From assembly GCA_963761305.1 (NCBI GenBank), contig CAVXGK010000002.1, forward strand, positions 576,001 to 640,000: DNA of 64,000 nt. The letters run 5' to 3'. The stretch's first letter is position 1. The number at the start of each line of letters is the position of its first letter. The stretch is from an uncultured Gemmatimonadaceae bacterium. Its GTDB lineage: Bacteria > Gemmatimonadota > Gemmatimonadetes > Gemmatimonadales > Gemmatimonadaceae. The translations under genes and the position numbers were made by a program. Under the pieces are notes generated by a model. That model was not told the DNA's origin. It worked only from the letters and a program-made list of their open reading frames with translations, and did not search any database. Below are positions 31,407 through 41,627 of the stretch, piece by piece.

Positions 31407-32701
31407 CGCTCGCGGAGCTCGACATCGACTCGATCGCCGCCGGCGGTGATGGCGTCGGCCGAACCGACGGCGTCGTCGTGTTCGTGCCGCGCACTGCGCC
31501 CGGCGACCGCGTGCGCGCACGGATGGACGTGCGGCGACGGTTCGCGCGAGGCGAGATGGACGCGCTGCTGTCGCCGTCGCCCGACCGCACGTTGCCGGAG
31601 TGCGCGCACTATGTGGCCGACAAATGCGGCGGGTGTCAGTTGCAGCACATTCGTTACGACGCCCAGCTCGAGGCGAAACAGCGCATCGTCCGCGATTCGC
31701 TCGCCCGCATCGGCAAGCGCGGCGTGGACCTGCCGGCCATCGAGCCGAGTCCGCGCCAGTGGCGCTACCGGCGAAAGCTCACGCTCACGATGCGTCGAGC
31801 CGCGGGGCAGAGCGACGAGTGGACGATCGGTCTCCGCGCCTACGACGATCCCGACCACGTGTTTGCGCTGCGCGACTGTCCGATCACCGACGAACGCGTG
31901 CTCGCCGTCTGGAAGGCCGTCGCCGCCGCTCGGAGATTGCTCCCCGACGCGGACGAGCTGCGCGGCGCCGTGCAGCTCCTCGGCGACGACGTATCGGTCG
32001 TCGTGCGCGGCGGACACGCGTGGCCCAATCGCACCGAGTTCTTCGAGGCCGTGCCGGCGGCGACGTCGCTCTGGTGGCAGCCGGTGCATCGCGCGCGCAG
32101 TCTGGTGGCATCGCGACGGACCGGCGCGAACGACGTGAGCGATGCGAGCGCGTCGTTCGCCCAGGTGAACGCCGAGGTTGGAGCGTTGCTGCACGCCTAC
32201 GTGCTCGAACGCGCGCGCAGCCATCGGCCGGCGACCGTCGTCGACGCCTACGCCGGAGCCGGTGCGACGGCAGTCCCGTTGGCGAGCGACGGCGCCCGTG
32301 TCACCGCCATCGAGGCCGATCGCGACGCGGCCGCGGCGTGCGCCTCGGCGCTCGCGCCGTTCGCCGGATCGCGCTCGGTTACCGCGCGCGTCGAAGACGT
32401 CATCGAGCAGACGCTGCCGGCCGACGTCGTGCTTCTGAATCCGCCGCGGGTCGGCCTCCACGAACGCGTGACCGGCGCGCTGGCATCGACCGAGCCGGCG
32501 CCGCGCGCCCTGATCTACGTGAGCTGCGATCCTGCCACGCTCGCCCGCGATCTCACCCGCCTTTCGCGGTTCCGCATCGCCTCGCTCCGCGCGTTCGACA
32601 TGTTCCCGCAGACGGCGCACGTCGAGACCGTTTGCGAGCTCGTGCCCGACGCGCTCACGGGGGGGGGACGCCGTGAAGTACTTCGTCTCCGTGAACGGTG
32701 A
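31403..32701 (+). CDS. RNA (uracil-5-)-methyltransferase, RlmD/TrmA family with TRAM domain
   Basis: TRAM N-terminus, C..CGGC..C cluster motif, FAQVN, NPPR, YVSCDPATLARD, DMFPQTAHVE; 3' end depends on a G9 run. Confidence 0.92.
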   Translation: MTLAELDIDSIAAGGDGVGRTDGVVVFVPRTAPGDRVRARMDVRRRFARGEMDALLSPSPDRTLPECAHYVADKCGGCQLQHIRYDAQLEAKQRIVRDSLARIGKRGVDLPAIEPSPRQWRYRRKLTLTMRRAAGQSDEWTIGLRAYDDPDHVFALRDCPITDERVLAVWKAVAAARRLLPDADELRGAVQLLGDDVSVVVRGGHAWPNRTEFFEAVPAATSLWWQPVHRARSLVASRRTGANDVSDASASFAQVNAEVGALLHAYVLERARSHRPATVVDAYAGAGATAVPLASDGARVTAIEADRDAAAACASALAPFAGSRSVTARVEDVIEQTLPADVVLLNPPRVGLHERVTGALASTEPAPRALIYVSCDPATLARDLTRLSRFRIASLRAFDMFPQTAHVETVCELVPDALTGGGRREVLRLRER

Positions 32702-33170
32702 AGACCACCAGGTCACGCTCGACGAGCACGGCGTGCACGTGGACGGCGAGCGCGTGTCGGCGAGCGTCGAGACGATCAACGGCAGTCCGGTGCGCATGGT
32801 GACGATCGGCGACGAGGTGCACCGAGTGGTTGTGCGACCTGGGGCGCGCGGTGCATACACCCTGTGGCTGGACGGCTATCGCTTCGAGGTGGAGGCGCTC
32901 GACGAGCGGGCGCGCGCGATTCGCGAGCTGTCGGGGAAGAGCGCCGGCCCGACCGGCCCCGCTCCCCTCATCGCGCCGATGCCGGGGCTGATCGTCCGCG
33001 TCAACGCGCAACCGGGCGACGAGGTTCAGGCAGGGCAGGGACTCGTCGTGATGGAAGCGATGAAGATGGAAAACGAGCTTCGCGCTCCGGCGGCCGGCCG
33101 CGTGCGCGCGATTCACGCCGCGCCGGGAACAGCGGTGGAGAAGGGCACGGTGCTGGTCGAGCTGGAGTGA
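32673..33170 (+). CDS. Biotin carboxyl carrier protein (stand-alone BT plus biotinyl domain)
   Basis: APMPG and EAMKME biotinylation motif. Confidence 0.93.
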   Translation: MKYFVSVNGEDHQVTLDEHGVHVDGERVSASVETINGSPVRMVTIGDEVHRVVVRPGARGAYTLWLDGYRFEVEALDERARAIRELSGKSAGPTGPAPLIAPMPGLIVRVNAQPGDEVQAGQGLVVMEAMKMENELRAPAAGRVRAIHAAPGTAVEKGTVLVELE

Positions 33171-33196
33171 ACGTCACGTCATCGCGGAGGGTGCAC

Positions 33197-34084
33197 ATGC
33201 GCAGTTCGATCCTGGGTTCGATGGTCGTCGTCGGTGTGGCGCGTGTGGTGGTCGCGCAGCAGGCTCCGCCGGCGACCGACATCTTTCTCGCGCCGATCTC
33301 GATCTCGGCCGAAGGGCGTCCGGTGATCGGGAAGCCGGTCAACGTCACCAACCGCCCCGGCTACGACAACCAGCCCGCGTTCACGCTCGACAGCAAGAGC
33401 ATTCTCTTCACGTCGATCCACGAGGACGGCCAGGCGGACATCTACCGCTACGACCTCGGCCCGAAGACGGTCAGCCGCGTCACGTCGACGCCGGAGAGCG
33501 AATACTCGGCCACGATCATGCCGGGCGGTCAGCGGTTCTCGGTGATTCGCGTCGAGCGCGATTCGGCGCAGCGCCTCTGGAGCTTCGCCTTCGATGGCTC
33601 CGACCCGCAGTTGCTCGTGCCGCCGGTGAAGCCCGTCGGCTACCACGCGTGGATCGACCCCGACAACCTCGCGCTGTTCGTGCTCGGCAACCCGAACGCG
33701 CTGGTGCATTACGATCTGCGGTCGGGGCACGTCGACACGCTGGCTCGCAACATCGGACGTTCCCTCGCGCCGACGATCGGCGGCGGCGGGTTCTCGTTCA
33801 CCGCGCGCGATTCGACGGGCGCGGTGAAGCTCAAGACGATGGCGTGGCCCTACCAGACGACGACCGACCTCGTCGCGCTTCCGCCCGGCTCCGAGGACAT
33901 CGTCTGGCTGACGCACGACCTCGTCCTGTCGTCGAACGGATCGAAGCTCGTGTCGTGGAAGGCGGGCACCAAGGAATGGCAGGACGCCGTCGACCTCACG
34001 TCAGCGGGCCTGTCGCGAATCTCCCGCCTCGCCGTCAGCCAGGACGGCAAATGGCTGGCGATCGTCGCCGTTCCAACTCCGTAG
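33197..34084 (+). CDS. Secreted TolB-like beta-propeller protein
   Basis: GGAGG SD, signal peptide, PGYDNQPAFT, DIYRYD, SRLAVSQDGKWLA. Confidence 0.8.
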   Translation: MRSSILGSMVVVGVARVVVAQQAPPATDIFLAPISISAEGRPVIGKPVNVTNRPGYDNQPAFTLDSKSILFTSIHEDGQADIYRYDLGPKTVSRVTSTPESEYSATIMPGGQRFSVIRVERDSAQRLWSFAFDGSDPQLLVPPVKPVGYHAWIDPDNLALFVLGNPNALVHYDLRSGHVDTLARNIGRSLAPTIGGGGFSFTARDSTGAVKLKTMAWPYQTTTDLVALPPGSEDIVWLTHDLVLSSNGSKLVSWKAGTKEWQDAVDLTSAGLSRISRLAVSQDGKWLAIVAVPTP

Positions 34085-34106
34085 GAACGGCGACGAACCA
34101 ACCGAC

Positions 34107-34829
34107 TCAGCCCGTCGCGCGCGCCGCCGGCGCCGGGTGCTTCTCGGCGTGATGCTTGATCGTCTTGCCCTCGGCGAGGAATACCGCGTCCTCGCCGATG
34201 TTCGTCGCCAGGTCGGCGACGCGCTCGAGGTTCCGGCTCACGAGCAGCAGCTCGAGCGACGGGGTGATCGTGCGCGCGTCTTCCATCATGTGCGTCACAA
34301 GGATGCGGAACACCGAATTGTGCATCGCGTCCACTTCGTCGTCGGCGCGGCAGACGTCGCGGCCGAGCGCGCCGTCGGCTCGCACGAAGGCGGTGAGCGC
34401 GTCGCGCAGCATCTGACGCGCGCGCCGCGACATCTCGGCGATCTCGGGGTCGGGCGTGATGAGCGTGCTGTTCGACGCCAGCCGCAGCGCGCTCTGCGCG
34501 ATGTTCACTGCGTGGTCCCCCACGCGCTCGAGGTCGTTCGCCACCTTGATCGACGCGATGATGAAGCGAAGGTCGCGCGCCATCGGCTGCTGGAGCGCGA
34601 GCAGCCCGATCGCCTGATCTTCGATCTCGAGCTCGAGCGCGTCCACGTCGCGGTCCGTCGTCAGCACGGCGTCGGCGAGACTGGCGTCGCGGCTCAGCAA
34701 TGCGTCGACCGACAGGTCGAGCAGCGACGTGGCCAGATCCGACATGTCGAGCAGGCGCTGTTTGAGCTGCGCCAGCTGATCGTGAAAATGACGGAAGCCG
34801 GTGGTGCTTGGCTCTACCGACGTGGTCAT
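34107..34829 (-). CDS. phoU: Phosphate signalling protein PhoU
   Basis: [32 protein letters not shown]. Confidence 0.97.
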   Translation of the reverse strand: MTTSVEPSTTGFRHFHDQLAQLKQRLLDMSDLATSLLDLSVDALLSRDASLADAVLTTDRDVDALELEIEDQAIGLLALQQPMARDLRFIIASIKVANDLERVGDHAVNIAQSALRLASNSTLITPDPEIAEMSRRARQMLRDALTAFVRADGALGRDVCRADDEVDAMHNSVFRILVTHMMEDARTITPSLELLLVSRNLERVADLATNIGEDAVFLAEGKTIKHHAEKHPAPAARATG

Positions 34830-35629
34830 CCAAACCTCCCAGTGATGTACGCCTCGGTGCGCTCGTTCGACGGGCTCGTGAACATCTTGTCCGTCGCTCC
34901 CGACTCGATGAGCTGTCCGAGGTAGAAAAAGGCCGTGACGTCGGAAACGCGCGCGGCTTGCTGCAAATTGTGTGTGACGATGACGATCGTCAGATCCCGG
35001 CGCAATTCATACACCAGTTCTTCGACACTTTGCGTCGCGATCGGATCCAGCGCGCTCGCCGGCTCGTCGAGCAACAGCACGTCGGGCTCGTTGGCCAACG
35101 CGCGGGCGATGCACAAACGCTGCTGCTGGCCGCCCGACAGCGCCAGTGCGCTGTCGCGGAGACGCGTCTTCACCTCTTCCCACAGCGCGGCGCGGCGCAG
35201 CGCCGATTCGACGATCGCGTCGAGATCCCCGCGCTTGCTCACTCCGCCGATTCGCGGACCGTAGGCGACGTTGTCGTAGATGGACTTCGGAAACGGATTC
35301 CAGCGCTGAAACACCATCCCCACACGGCGGCGCAGCGAGACGGGATCTTTGTCGGCGAAGACGTCACCGCCGTCCACGCGGATCGAGCCCTCGTGGCGCA
35401 CGCCCGGCAGCAGCGCGTTCATGCGGTTGATCGACCGCAGGAAAGTCGACTTCCCGCAGCCCGACGGGCCGACGAGCGCTGTGACGGTACGCGGCTGCAT
35501 CGAGAGCGTGATGCCATGGAGTGCCTGCTTCTCGCCGTACCAGAAAGAGAAGTTCTCGGCTTCCACCGACCCACGGCTCCCCGCGGTGGGCTGCGACTCG
35601 CGCGGTGGTTCGACCATGATCGCGCTCAC
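34826..35629 (-). CDS. pstB: Phosphate ABC transporter ATPase
   Basis: [37 protein letters not shown]. Confidence 0.96.
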   Translation of the reverse strand: MSAIMVEPPRESQPTAGSRGSVEAENFSFWYGEKQALHGITLSMQPRTVTALVGPSGCGKSTFLRSINRMNALLPGVRHEGSIRVDGGDVFADKDPVSLRRRVGMVFQRWNPFPKSIYDNVAYGPRIGGVSKRGDLDAIVESALRRAALWEEVKTRLRDSALALSGGQQQRLCIARALANEPDVLLLDEPASALDPIATQSVEELVYELRRDLTIVIVTHNLQQAARVSDVTAFFYLGQLIESGATDKMFTSPSNERTEAYITGRFG

Positions 35630-36483
35630 CCGAACCGTCCGGTGACGTAGGCTTCCGTGCGTGGGTCGCTCGGCGCCGTGAACATGGTATTCGTCGCCGC
35701 GAACTCGACGAGCTCGCCCGTCAGCATGAACGCCGTCTTGTCCGAGATGCGCGCCGCCTGCTGCATGTTGTGCGTCACGATGATGATCGTTACTTCGGCG
35801 CGTAGCTCGTACACGAGCTCCTCAACGCGCTGTGTGCTGATCGGATCGAGGGAGGCCGTCGGCTCGTCGAGAAGGATCACCGTCGGCGACGTCGCGAGCG
35901 CTCGCGCGATACACAGGCGCTGTTGCTGGCCGCCCGAAAGGGCGATGGCACTCGATGATAACCGGTCGCGGACCTCCTCCCACAGGGCCGCTCGCCGCAA
36001 CGCCCGCTCGACGAGGTCGTCGGTCTCGCGGCGCGATGGGCGCTGACTTCGAGGAAGCACGGCCAGCCCAGCGGCGACGTTGTCGCGGATGGACATCGTC
36101 GGGAAAGGCGTGGGTCGCTGGAACACCATCCCGATGTGACGCCGAACCCCAATCGGGCTCACACCCGGTGCGTAGATGTCGCGCCCCTGAAAACGCACCT
36201 CGCCCTCGACGCGAGCGCCTGGAACGGTCTCGTGCATGCGGTTGATGCAACGGAGCAGAGTCGACTTCCCGCAGCCGGACGGGCCGATGATCGCCGTGAC
36301 CTGCCCAGTTTGAACGCCGAACGACACGTCACGCACGACGCGCGAAGCGCCGAAGTACGCGTCGAGCGACTCGACGGCGACGCACTCCGAACTATCTGGG
36401 GCCGGCGGTCTGGCTGGCTCAGGCATGGCCGAAATCATCTTGGCGCGATCCGGGGTTCGCGCACTTCGTGAAGCCGACGCCAT
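35626..36483 (-). CDS. pstB: Phosphate ABC transporter ATPase (second paralogue)
   Basis: Same PstB motifs; ends YVTGRFG. Confidence 0.95.
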   Translation of the reverse strand: MASASRSARTPDRAKMISAMPEPARPPAPDSSECVAVESLDAYFGASRVVRDVSFGVQTGQVTAIIGPSGCGKSTLLRCINRMHETVPGARVEGEVRFQGRDIYAPGVSPIGVRRHIGMVFQRPTPFPTMSIRDNVAAGLAVLPRSQRPSRRETDDLVERALRRAALWEEVRDRLSSSAIALSGGQQQRLCIARALATSPTVILLDEPTASLDPISTQRVEELVYELRAEVTIIIVTHNMQQAARISDKTAFMLTGELVEFAATNTMFTAPSDPRTEAYVTGRFG

Positions 36484-36487
36484 ATCC

Positions 36488-37417
36488 TCAATCTCCGCCG
36501 AGGCCGAAGCGAGATCGGGTCGCGAATCGGGCAGCGACGCTGATGACGAGGACGAGTCCGATGAGGACAAGCGCCCCGGCCCAAGCCTTGGCGTGCCAAT
36601 CGTCGTAGGCGGATTGCGCATAATAGTAGATCTGGAGAGGCAGGGCCGAAATCGGCTGCACTGGTGAGACAGACCAAAACGCATTGCCGAGCGCGGTGAA
36701 CAGCAGCGGCGCCGTTTCACCCGCGATTCGGGCGACGGCAACGAGAGCGCCGGTAACTATCCCTGGCAGCGCAGTTCGTAGCGCGATGTTGAGAGAGGTG
36801 CGCCACTTCGTGTAGCCGAGCGCCAGCGCCGCTTCGCGCATCGACACCGGCACGAGCCGAATCATCTCCTCGGTCGTGCGAGCAACGAGCGGGATCATCA
36901 TCGCGGCCAACGCCACGCCCCCGGCCAGCGCCGAAAAATGCTTGAACGGCTTCACGAGGAGCTGCCAGGCGAAGATCCCAAGGACGATCGACGGCAGGCC
37001 GTTGAGCACGTCGGAGAGGAAGCGAACCGTCATTGCCAGTTTTGCGGTCCGTTGCTCTGCGAGGAAGAGCCCGGCTCCGATCCCGACGGGCAGTCCGATG
37101 GCCGAGGCGATCACGACCAGCACCAGGCTTCCCACGATCGAGTTGGCCATTCCGCCGCCGGCCTCGCCGGCCGCGACGGGCATCTGCGTGAAGAAGTGCA
37201 GGTTGATCGAGGATGCTCCCGCCTTTAGCAGGTGGCCGATGATCAAGACCAGGGGAACCGTGGCTGCGAACGCGGAGACCCAGGTCAGCGTCAGCATCAC
37301 GTAGTTCACGATTCGCCGGCGCGGCAAACTTCGTCGGGCGCTCTTGTTCAACAGCTCCCTGTACGATGCGGTCTGTGTCGGGCGCGCGTTCGTGGGGCCA
37401 GCCGCCATCGCGCTCAC
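36488..37417 (-). CDS. pstA: Phosphate ABC transporter permease PstA
   Basis: GLPSIVLG, REAALALG, ARIAGETAPL. Confidence 0.96.
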   Translation of the reverse strand: MSAMAAGPTNARPTQTASYRELLNKSARRSLPRRRIVNYVMLTLTWVSAFAATVPLVLIIGHLLKAGASSINLHFFTQMPVAAGEAGGGMANSIVGSLVLVVIASAIGLPVGIGAGLFLAEQRTAKLAMTVRFLSDVLNGLPSIVLGIFAWQLLVKPFKHFSALAGGVALAAMMIPLVARTTEEMIRLVPVSMREAALALGYTKWRTSLNIALRTALPGIVTGALVAVARIAGETAPLLFTALGNAFWSVSPVQPISALPLQIYYYAQSAYDDWHAKAWAGALVLIGLVLVISVAARFATRSRFGLGGD

Positions 37418-38397
37418 CGTCCGGTCCCCCGTTCCACCTGCCAGACCAGCCAGCGGGCGATGATGTTGACAATGAGCGCAATCACGAACAGGCCGGCGCC
37501 GACGGCCATCAACGCCGACACGTGAAAGTCGTTGGTCGCCTCAGAGAATTGGTTTGCGATCACGGACGCCATCGTGTATCCGGGCGCAAAAAGCGACGCC
37601 GATATCAGATGGCGGTTTCCGATCACCATCGTGACCGCCATCGTTTCTCCAAGCGCGCGTCCGAGCCCCAAAATGATTCCGCCGACGATTCCAGACCGCG
37701 CGAAGGGCAGCACTGCGTCCCAAATCATCTCCCAGCGCGTCGCGCCGAGTGCGAGCGCCGCCTCACGCTGCGATCGCGGCACCGCCATCAAAACCTCTCG
37801 CGTCACCGCGGAGATGTAGGGCAGCACCATGATCGAGAGGATGCACCCGGCGGCCAGCATGCTCGGCCCATACATCGGACCGGAGAACAACGGAAAGTTC
37901 TCGAGATGCAGTGTGTACTTCAGAAACGGGGTCACGTCGTCGCGCAAGAACGGAACGAGAACGAAGATTCCCCAGATGCCGTAGACGACGCTCGGAATTG
38001 CCGCGAGCAGGTCGACAAAAAAGGCGAGGGGCTGCCGCATCCACCGGGGCGCAAACTCGGACATAAAGATGGCAACGCCGAGTGCGAGCGGAGTCGCGAT
38101 GAGAAGCGCCAGAGCCGAAGACACGATCGTGCCGAAAACCGCCGGCGCAGCTCCAAAGTGTCCCTTTACCGCGTCCCACTCGCTTCCCGTGAAGAAGCTC
38201 ACCCCAAACTGATGGAGCGCAGGCCACCCGGCGATAAATACCTCGGCCGCAATGAGGAGCATCAACAGCGGAATGAAGAGCGCGAACGCCGTCGTGGTGA
38301 CGCGATAGATACGATCGCCACTAGATGACCCGGCCATGGGCTTAGTCGCAGCAACGGCCGAGGACGACGACGTCGGCGGCGGCGCGCTCGGCGTCAT
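37414..38397 (-). CDS. pstC: Phosphate ABC transporter permease PstC
   Basis: AAIPSVVYG, GATRWE, GRALGETMAV; start could instead be the GTG at 38415. Confidence 0.96.
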   Translation of the reverse strand: MTPSAPPPTSSSSAVAATKPMAGSSSGDRIYRVTTTAFALFIPLLMLLIAAEVFIAGWPALHQFGVSFFTGSEWDAVKGHFGAAPAVFGTIVSSALALLIATPLALGVAIFMSEFAPRWMRQPLAFFVDLLAAIPSVVYGIWGIFVLVPFLRDDVTPFLKYTLHLENFPLFSGPMYGPSMLAAGCILSIMVLPYISAVTREVLMAVPRSQREAALALGATRWEMIWDAVLPFARSGIVGGIILGLGRALGETMAVTMVIGNRHLISASLFAPGYTMASVIANQFSEATNDFHVSALMAVGAGLFVIALIVNIIARWLVWQVERGTGR

Positions 38398-38562
38398 CGG
38401 AATACTTTCGCTCACCGGCCGAGCCCGGCGGGGCCGAGCGGGGTCATTCGGTCCGCGAGACCGATCCTCTCCCAAACGCGTTCGTGACAACCGGAGTTCG
38501 GTCGACTCTGCAAGCTTCCCCCCAAGTGGGCACGGGTGTTCTGCGAACCATCCGCGCCCACT

Positions 38563-38601
38563 GCAACCTTGCCGGTAACGTCATGTAACGGGCGGGTAAC
38601 G
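38563..38601 (-). promoter_or_regulatory. Candidate Pho box array upstream of pstC
   Basis: GTAACG at 38575, 38585 and 38596 plus GCAACC at 38563 (10-12 bp period). Confidence 0.6.
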
Positions 38602-38835
38602 ACTGCCGGGCTGCACGCTTGGGAATCGCGTGGGCCACCGGTCGCGGTGCCAATTCCAGAGCCGGCGCGCAGCTACGACTCTTGGGGCGGAGCCGCGCAG
38701 TTGGGTGACGGGATCGGAAACGCCGCCGAGTGGGAGCCGTCCCGAGTGACGCAAGTGTTACACGAGACGACGGAGTCCTTTACGCCGACCGGGGACGTTC
38801 ATCGTAACCACCCCCAATTCAACCAAGGAGCAATC

Positions 38836-39876
38836 GTGATTGCACGCGTATTGAAACTCGCCGGCCTCGTCGTTGGCGGCGCGTTCGCGCTCACGGCGCC
38901 GGCGTCGGGACAAGATCTCAACGGAGCAGGTGCGACCTTCCCGTACCCGATCTATGACAAGTGGTTTAAGGAATACGCAGCCAAGACCGGAGTTCGGATC
39001 AACTACCAATCGATCGGATCCGGCGGCGGCGTTCGGCAGTTCACCGAAGGTACGGTCGACTTCGGCGCCTCCGACGCGCCGATGAGCGATGAGGAGCTTT
39101 CGAAGCTGAAAGGTCCGGCACTACACGTTCCAATGGTGCTCGGAGCCGACGTGATCACGTACAATCTGCCTGATGTGATGAAGCCCCTGAACTTCACCGG
39201 GCAGCTCATCGCGGACATCTACATGGGCAAGGTGACGAAATGGAACGCGCCGGAGATCGCGGCCCTGAACAAGGGCGTGAACCTTCCGAATCGCGACATT
39301 GTCGTCGTGCACCGGTCCGACGGCAGCGGAACGACGTACATCTTCACCGACTACCTGACCGCTGTCAGCCCGGAATGGGCGAAAGGTCCAGGGCGTGGCA
39401 AGGACGTCCAATGGCCGGCCGGACTCGGCGGGAAAGGCAACGAGGGCGTCTCGGGACAGGTGAAGCAAACGCCCGGGGCGATCGGCTATGTGGAGCTTGC
39501 GTATGCGCGGCAGAACAAGCTTCCGATCGGCAACGTAAAGAACGCCGCAGGGGATTTCGTCGCTCCGTCGATCGCATCTATCGTCGCAGCGGCCGCCGCG
39601 TCCGCGTCAAAGGTCGCCTCGAGCCCTGACCTTCGCGTCTCCTTCGTCAATGCGTCAGGTAAGGACTCGTACCCGATTTCGTCCTGGACCTACATCCTGC
39701 TCTATCAGAACCAGGCCGACCCCCAGAAAGGAAAGAAGCTGCTCGACTTCCTTCACTGGGCCCTGCATGACGGCCAGAAAGAGGTGGAGTCACTCGACTA
39801 CGGGCCACTTCCGCCGGCCGTGGTCGCGCAGCTCGATAGGCGACTGGCCACCGTCAAGAACGTCGCGATGAAGTGA
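38836..39876 (+). CDS. pstS: Phosphate-binding protein PstS
   Basis: AAGGAG SD plus GTG; GAGATFPYP, YQSIGSGGG, RSDGSGTT, GKGNEG. Confidence 0.97.
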   Translation: MIARVLKLAGLVVGGAFALTAPASGQDLNGAGATFPYPIYDKWFKEYAAKTGVRINYQSIGSGGGVRQFTEGTVDFGASDAPMSDEELSKLKGPALHVPMVLGADVITYNLPDVMKPLNFTGQLIADIYMGKVTKWNAPEIAALNKGVNLPNRDIVVVHRSDGSGTTYIFTDYLTAVSPEWAKGPGRGKDVQWPAGLGGKGNEGVSGQVKQTPGAIGYVELAYARQNKLPIGNVKNAAGDFVAPSIASIVAAAAASASKVASSPDLRVSFVNASGKDSYPISSWTYILLYQNQADPQKGKKLLDFLHWALHDGQKEVESLDYGPLPPAVVAQLDRRLATVKNVAMK

Positions 39877-39891
39877 CAAACGTAGCAGCGA

Positions 39892-39935
39892 ACAATGCGG
39901 CCGGCGATCCGACGTCGCCGGCCGCATTGTGTGTT
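39892..39935 (+). terminator. Strong hairpin after pstS (terminator or mRNA-stabilising stem)
   Basis: Perfect 16-bp stem ACAATGCGGCCGGCGA / TCGCCGGCCGCATTGT; weak U tail. Confidence 0.65.
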
Positions 39936-40204
39936 GGGCCTGGAAGGCACGTTGCGTCCGGCACGCGCGCCGACGGCCCGGAACACCGGTCGCGCACACT
40001 AACGAGCAATCGCCATCGCGCTGCGTCGCAAAAGGGACGTCGACCGCCGGACCAACTCACGCCGGTACGCTGTTACGCCGCCGTTACCGGTGCGTGAACG
40101 GCGAGCGACAAGTTTGCCGCAAGTTCGGACTGCTGTGACGGAACCGGTAACACCGGCCGGGTCCGCGTTGTCTCATCTTCCCCAGCAGAGAGACTCCCCC
40201 CTCA

Positions 40205-41545
40205 ATGACTCCACGCTCTGCGCGTCTGATCGCCATTGCCGCTGCAATCGCGATCGTGCCCGGCCTCCGGGCCAACGCCCAAACCCCGACGGGCCCGGGG
40301 CCGGCGCCGGCCGCTACACCCGGATTCGACTTCTCCGGCGTCATCTTCGGCAACTGGCAGGTCAAGACCGATTCGGCATCGAAAGCGAATCTCGGCGGTT
40401 CGGCTCCAAACTTATTCGACGTTGGCCGCGCGTACCTGACGTTCCGCATGCCGGCCGGCGACAACGGGGCCATTCGCATCACGACCGACATATTCCAGAA
40501 CACGAATCCCGCGCAGAACACCTACTATCAGGGCTGGGTGGTTCGCCTCAAGTACGCGTACGCCCAGTACACGGGCCTTCGCAACGAGTGGGGCCCCGGT
40601 TCCAGCCTCGTAGGCCGCATCGGCATGCTGCATACCGTCGCCATCGACTACACGGAGTCCCTCTGGCCGCGCTACCTCATAACGACGCCGATCGAGAGGA
40701 ATACGTTCTTCTCGTCCGCGGACGTCGGAGTCGCGGCCCTCGGGACGCTCGGGAATAGATGGGGTGAGATCTACGCCACGCTTACGAACGGCAGCGCCTA
40801 CACCAGCTACGACAACCCGGGCGCCGCCGGGCAGGCCCAACCGGTGACCGCCAACCGCTTCAAGGACTTCGGTCTTCGTGCGACGATCACGCCGTTCGCC
40901 CACGAAGCGGACCTGTCGCACTACCTGCGGTATTTCGCCATCACGCCGTGGTTCTACAAGGGCTGGAACGGCAGTGCCTTCCAGTCCGGGGGAGCCGGAG
41001 AAGTGGGTCCCGGAACGAACGGTGCGATTACCGACGGCCTGCAGCGTGACCGATTTGGCCTGAACTTGGCCCTGAGGGACTCGTCTCTTTGCGATTTTCG
41101 CACCGGCGGCCGTTGTCGGTTCGTCCTGGCGGGCGAATATGATCAACGCAGGGACGGCAGCGACAATGGGGGCAACACCGTCGCAAGCCCGCGCGTGGTC
41201 CACGACTCGACCGGGGGTCTTTTCGCCGGCTGGATATTCCTGCGACCGGTCGAGGTCTTCGACCCGTCGCAGCACTCGCCGTTCAGCATCGTCTTGCGGT
41301 ACGACCATTTCACGCCGCAGACGGACCCCAATTCGAGCGTTCCGGGCGCCGCCAACTACGCCGGTACCACACCGGCATACAGCTTTGTCGTCCTCGGCGC
41401 TTCCTGGGACGTGAACCAGAAAATCACCCTTACCGCGGATTGGCAGAACCAGTCGCCAACCGATTTCCCCGCGCCGATCGGCACAAACGTGAAGCCGACA
41501 CCTCAAAACTCAATCTTCTTCCTTCACTTCGTGGTGAACTTCTAG
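40205..41545 (+). CDS. Outer membrane porin, probably phosphate-regulated
   Basis: Signal peptide, FDVGRAYLTF, RLKYAYAQY, amphipathic strands, terminal Phe; follows pstS. Confidence 0.75.
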   Translation: MTPRSARLIAIAAAIAIVPGLRANAQTPTGPGPAPAATPGFDFSGVIFGNWQVKTDSASKANLGGSAPNLFDVGRAYLTFRMPAGDNGAIRITTDIFQNTNPAQNTYYQGWVVRLKYAYAQYTGLRNEWGPGSSLVGRIGMLHTVAIDYTESLWPRYLITTPIERNTFFSSADVGVAALGTLGNRWGEIYATLTNGSAYTSYDNPGAAGQAQPVTANRFKDFGLRATITPFAHEADLSHYLRYFAITPWFYKGWNGSAFQSGGAGEVGPGTNGAITDGLQRDRFGLNLALRDSSLCDFRTGGRCRFVLAGEYDQRRDGSDNGGNTVASPRVVHDSTGGLFAGWIFLRPVEVFDPSQHSPFSIVLRYDHFTPQTDPNSSVPGAANYAGTTPAYSFVVLGASWDVNQKITLTADWQNQSPTDFPAPIGTNVKPTPQNSIFFLHFVVNF

Positions 41546-41581
41546 GCAACTGGGACCGAGAGTCGGGTTCCGGCTCGAGAC

Positions 41582-41619
41582 GACGGCGGCCCGGCTTAAA
41601 TGTTAGCCGGGCCGCCGTC
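41582..41619. terminator. Hairpin between convergent porin and TolC genes
   Basis: Perfect 15-bp stem GACGGCGGCCCGGCT / AGCCGGGCCGCCGTC. Confidence 0.7.
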
Positions 41620-41627
41620 AATTCCGG

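Noticed and set aside
29948..32701. 917-aa ORF as a novel fusion protein
   Set aside because: The N-terminal part is an off-frame shadow of the biotin carboxylase; the real start is 31403. The same applies to the extended ORFs at 16870 (dapA), 20077 (cmk), 32864 and 58109 (M16).
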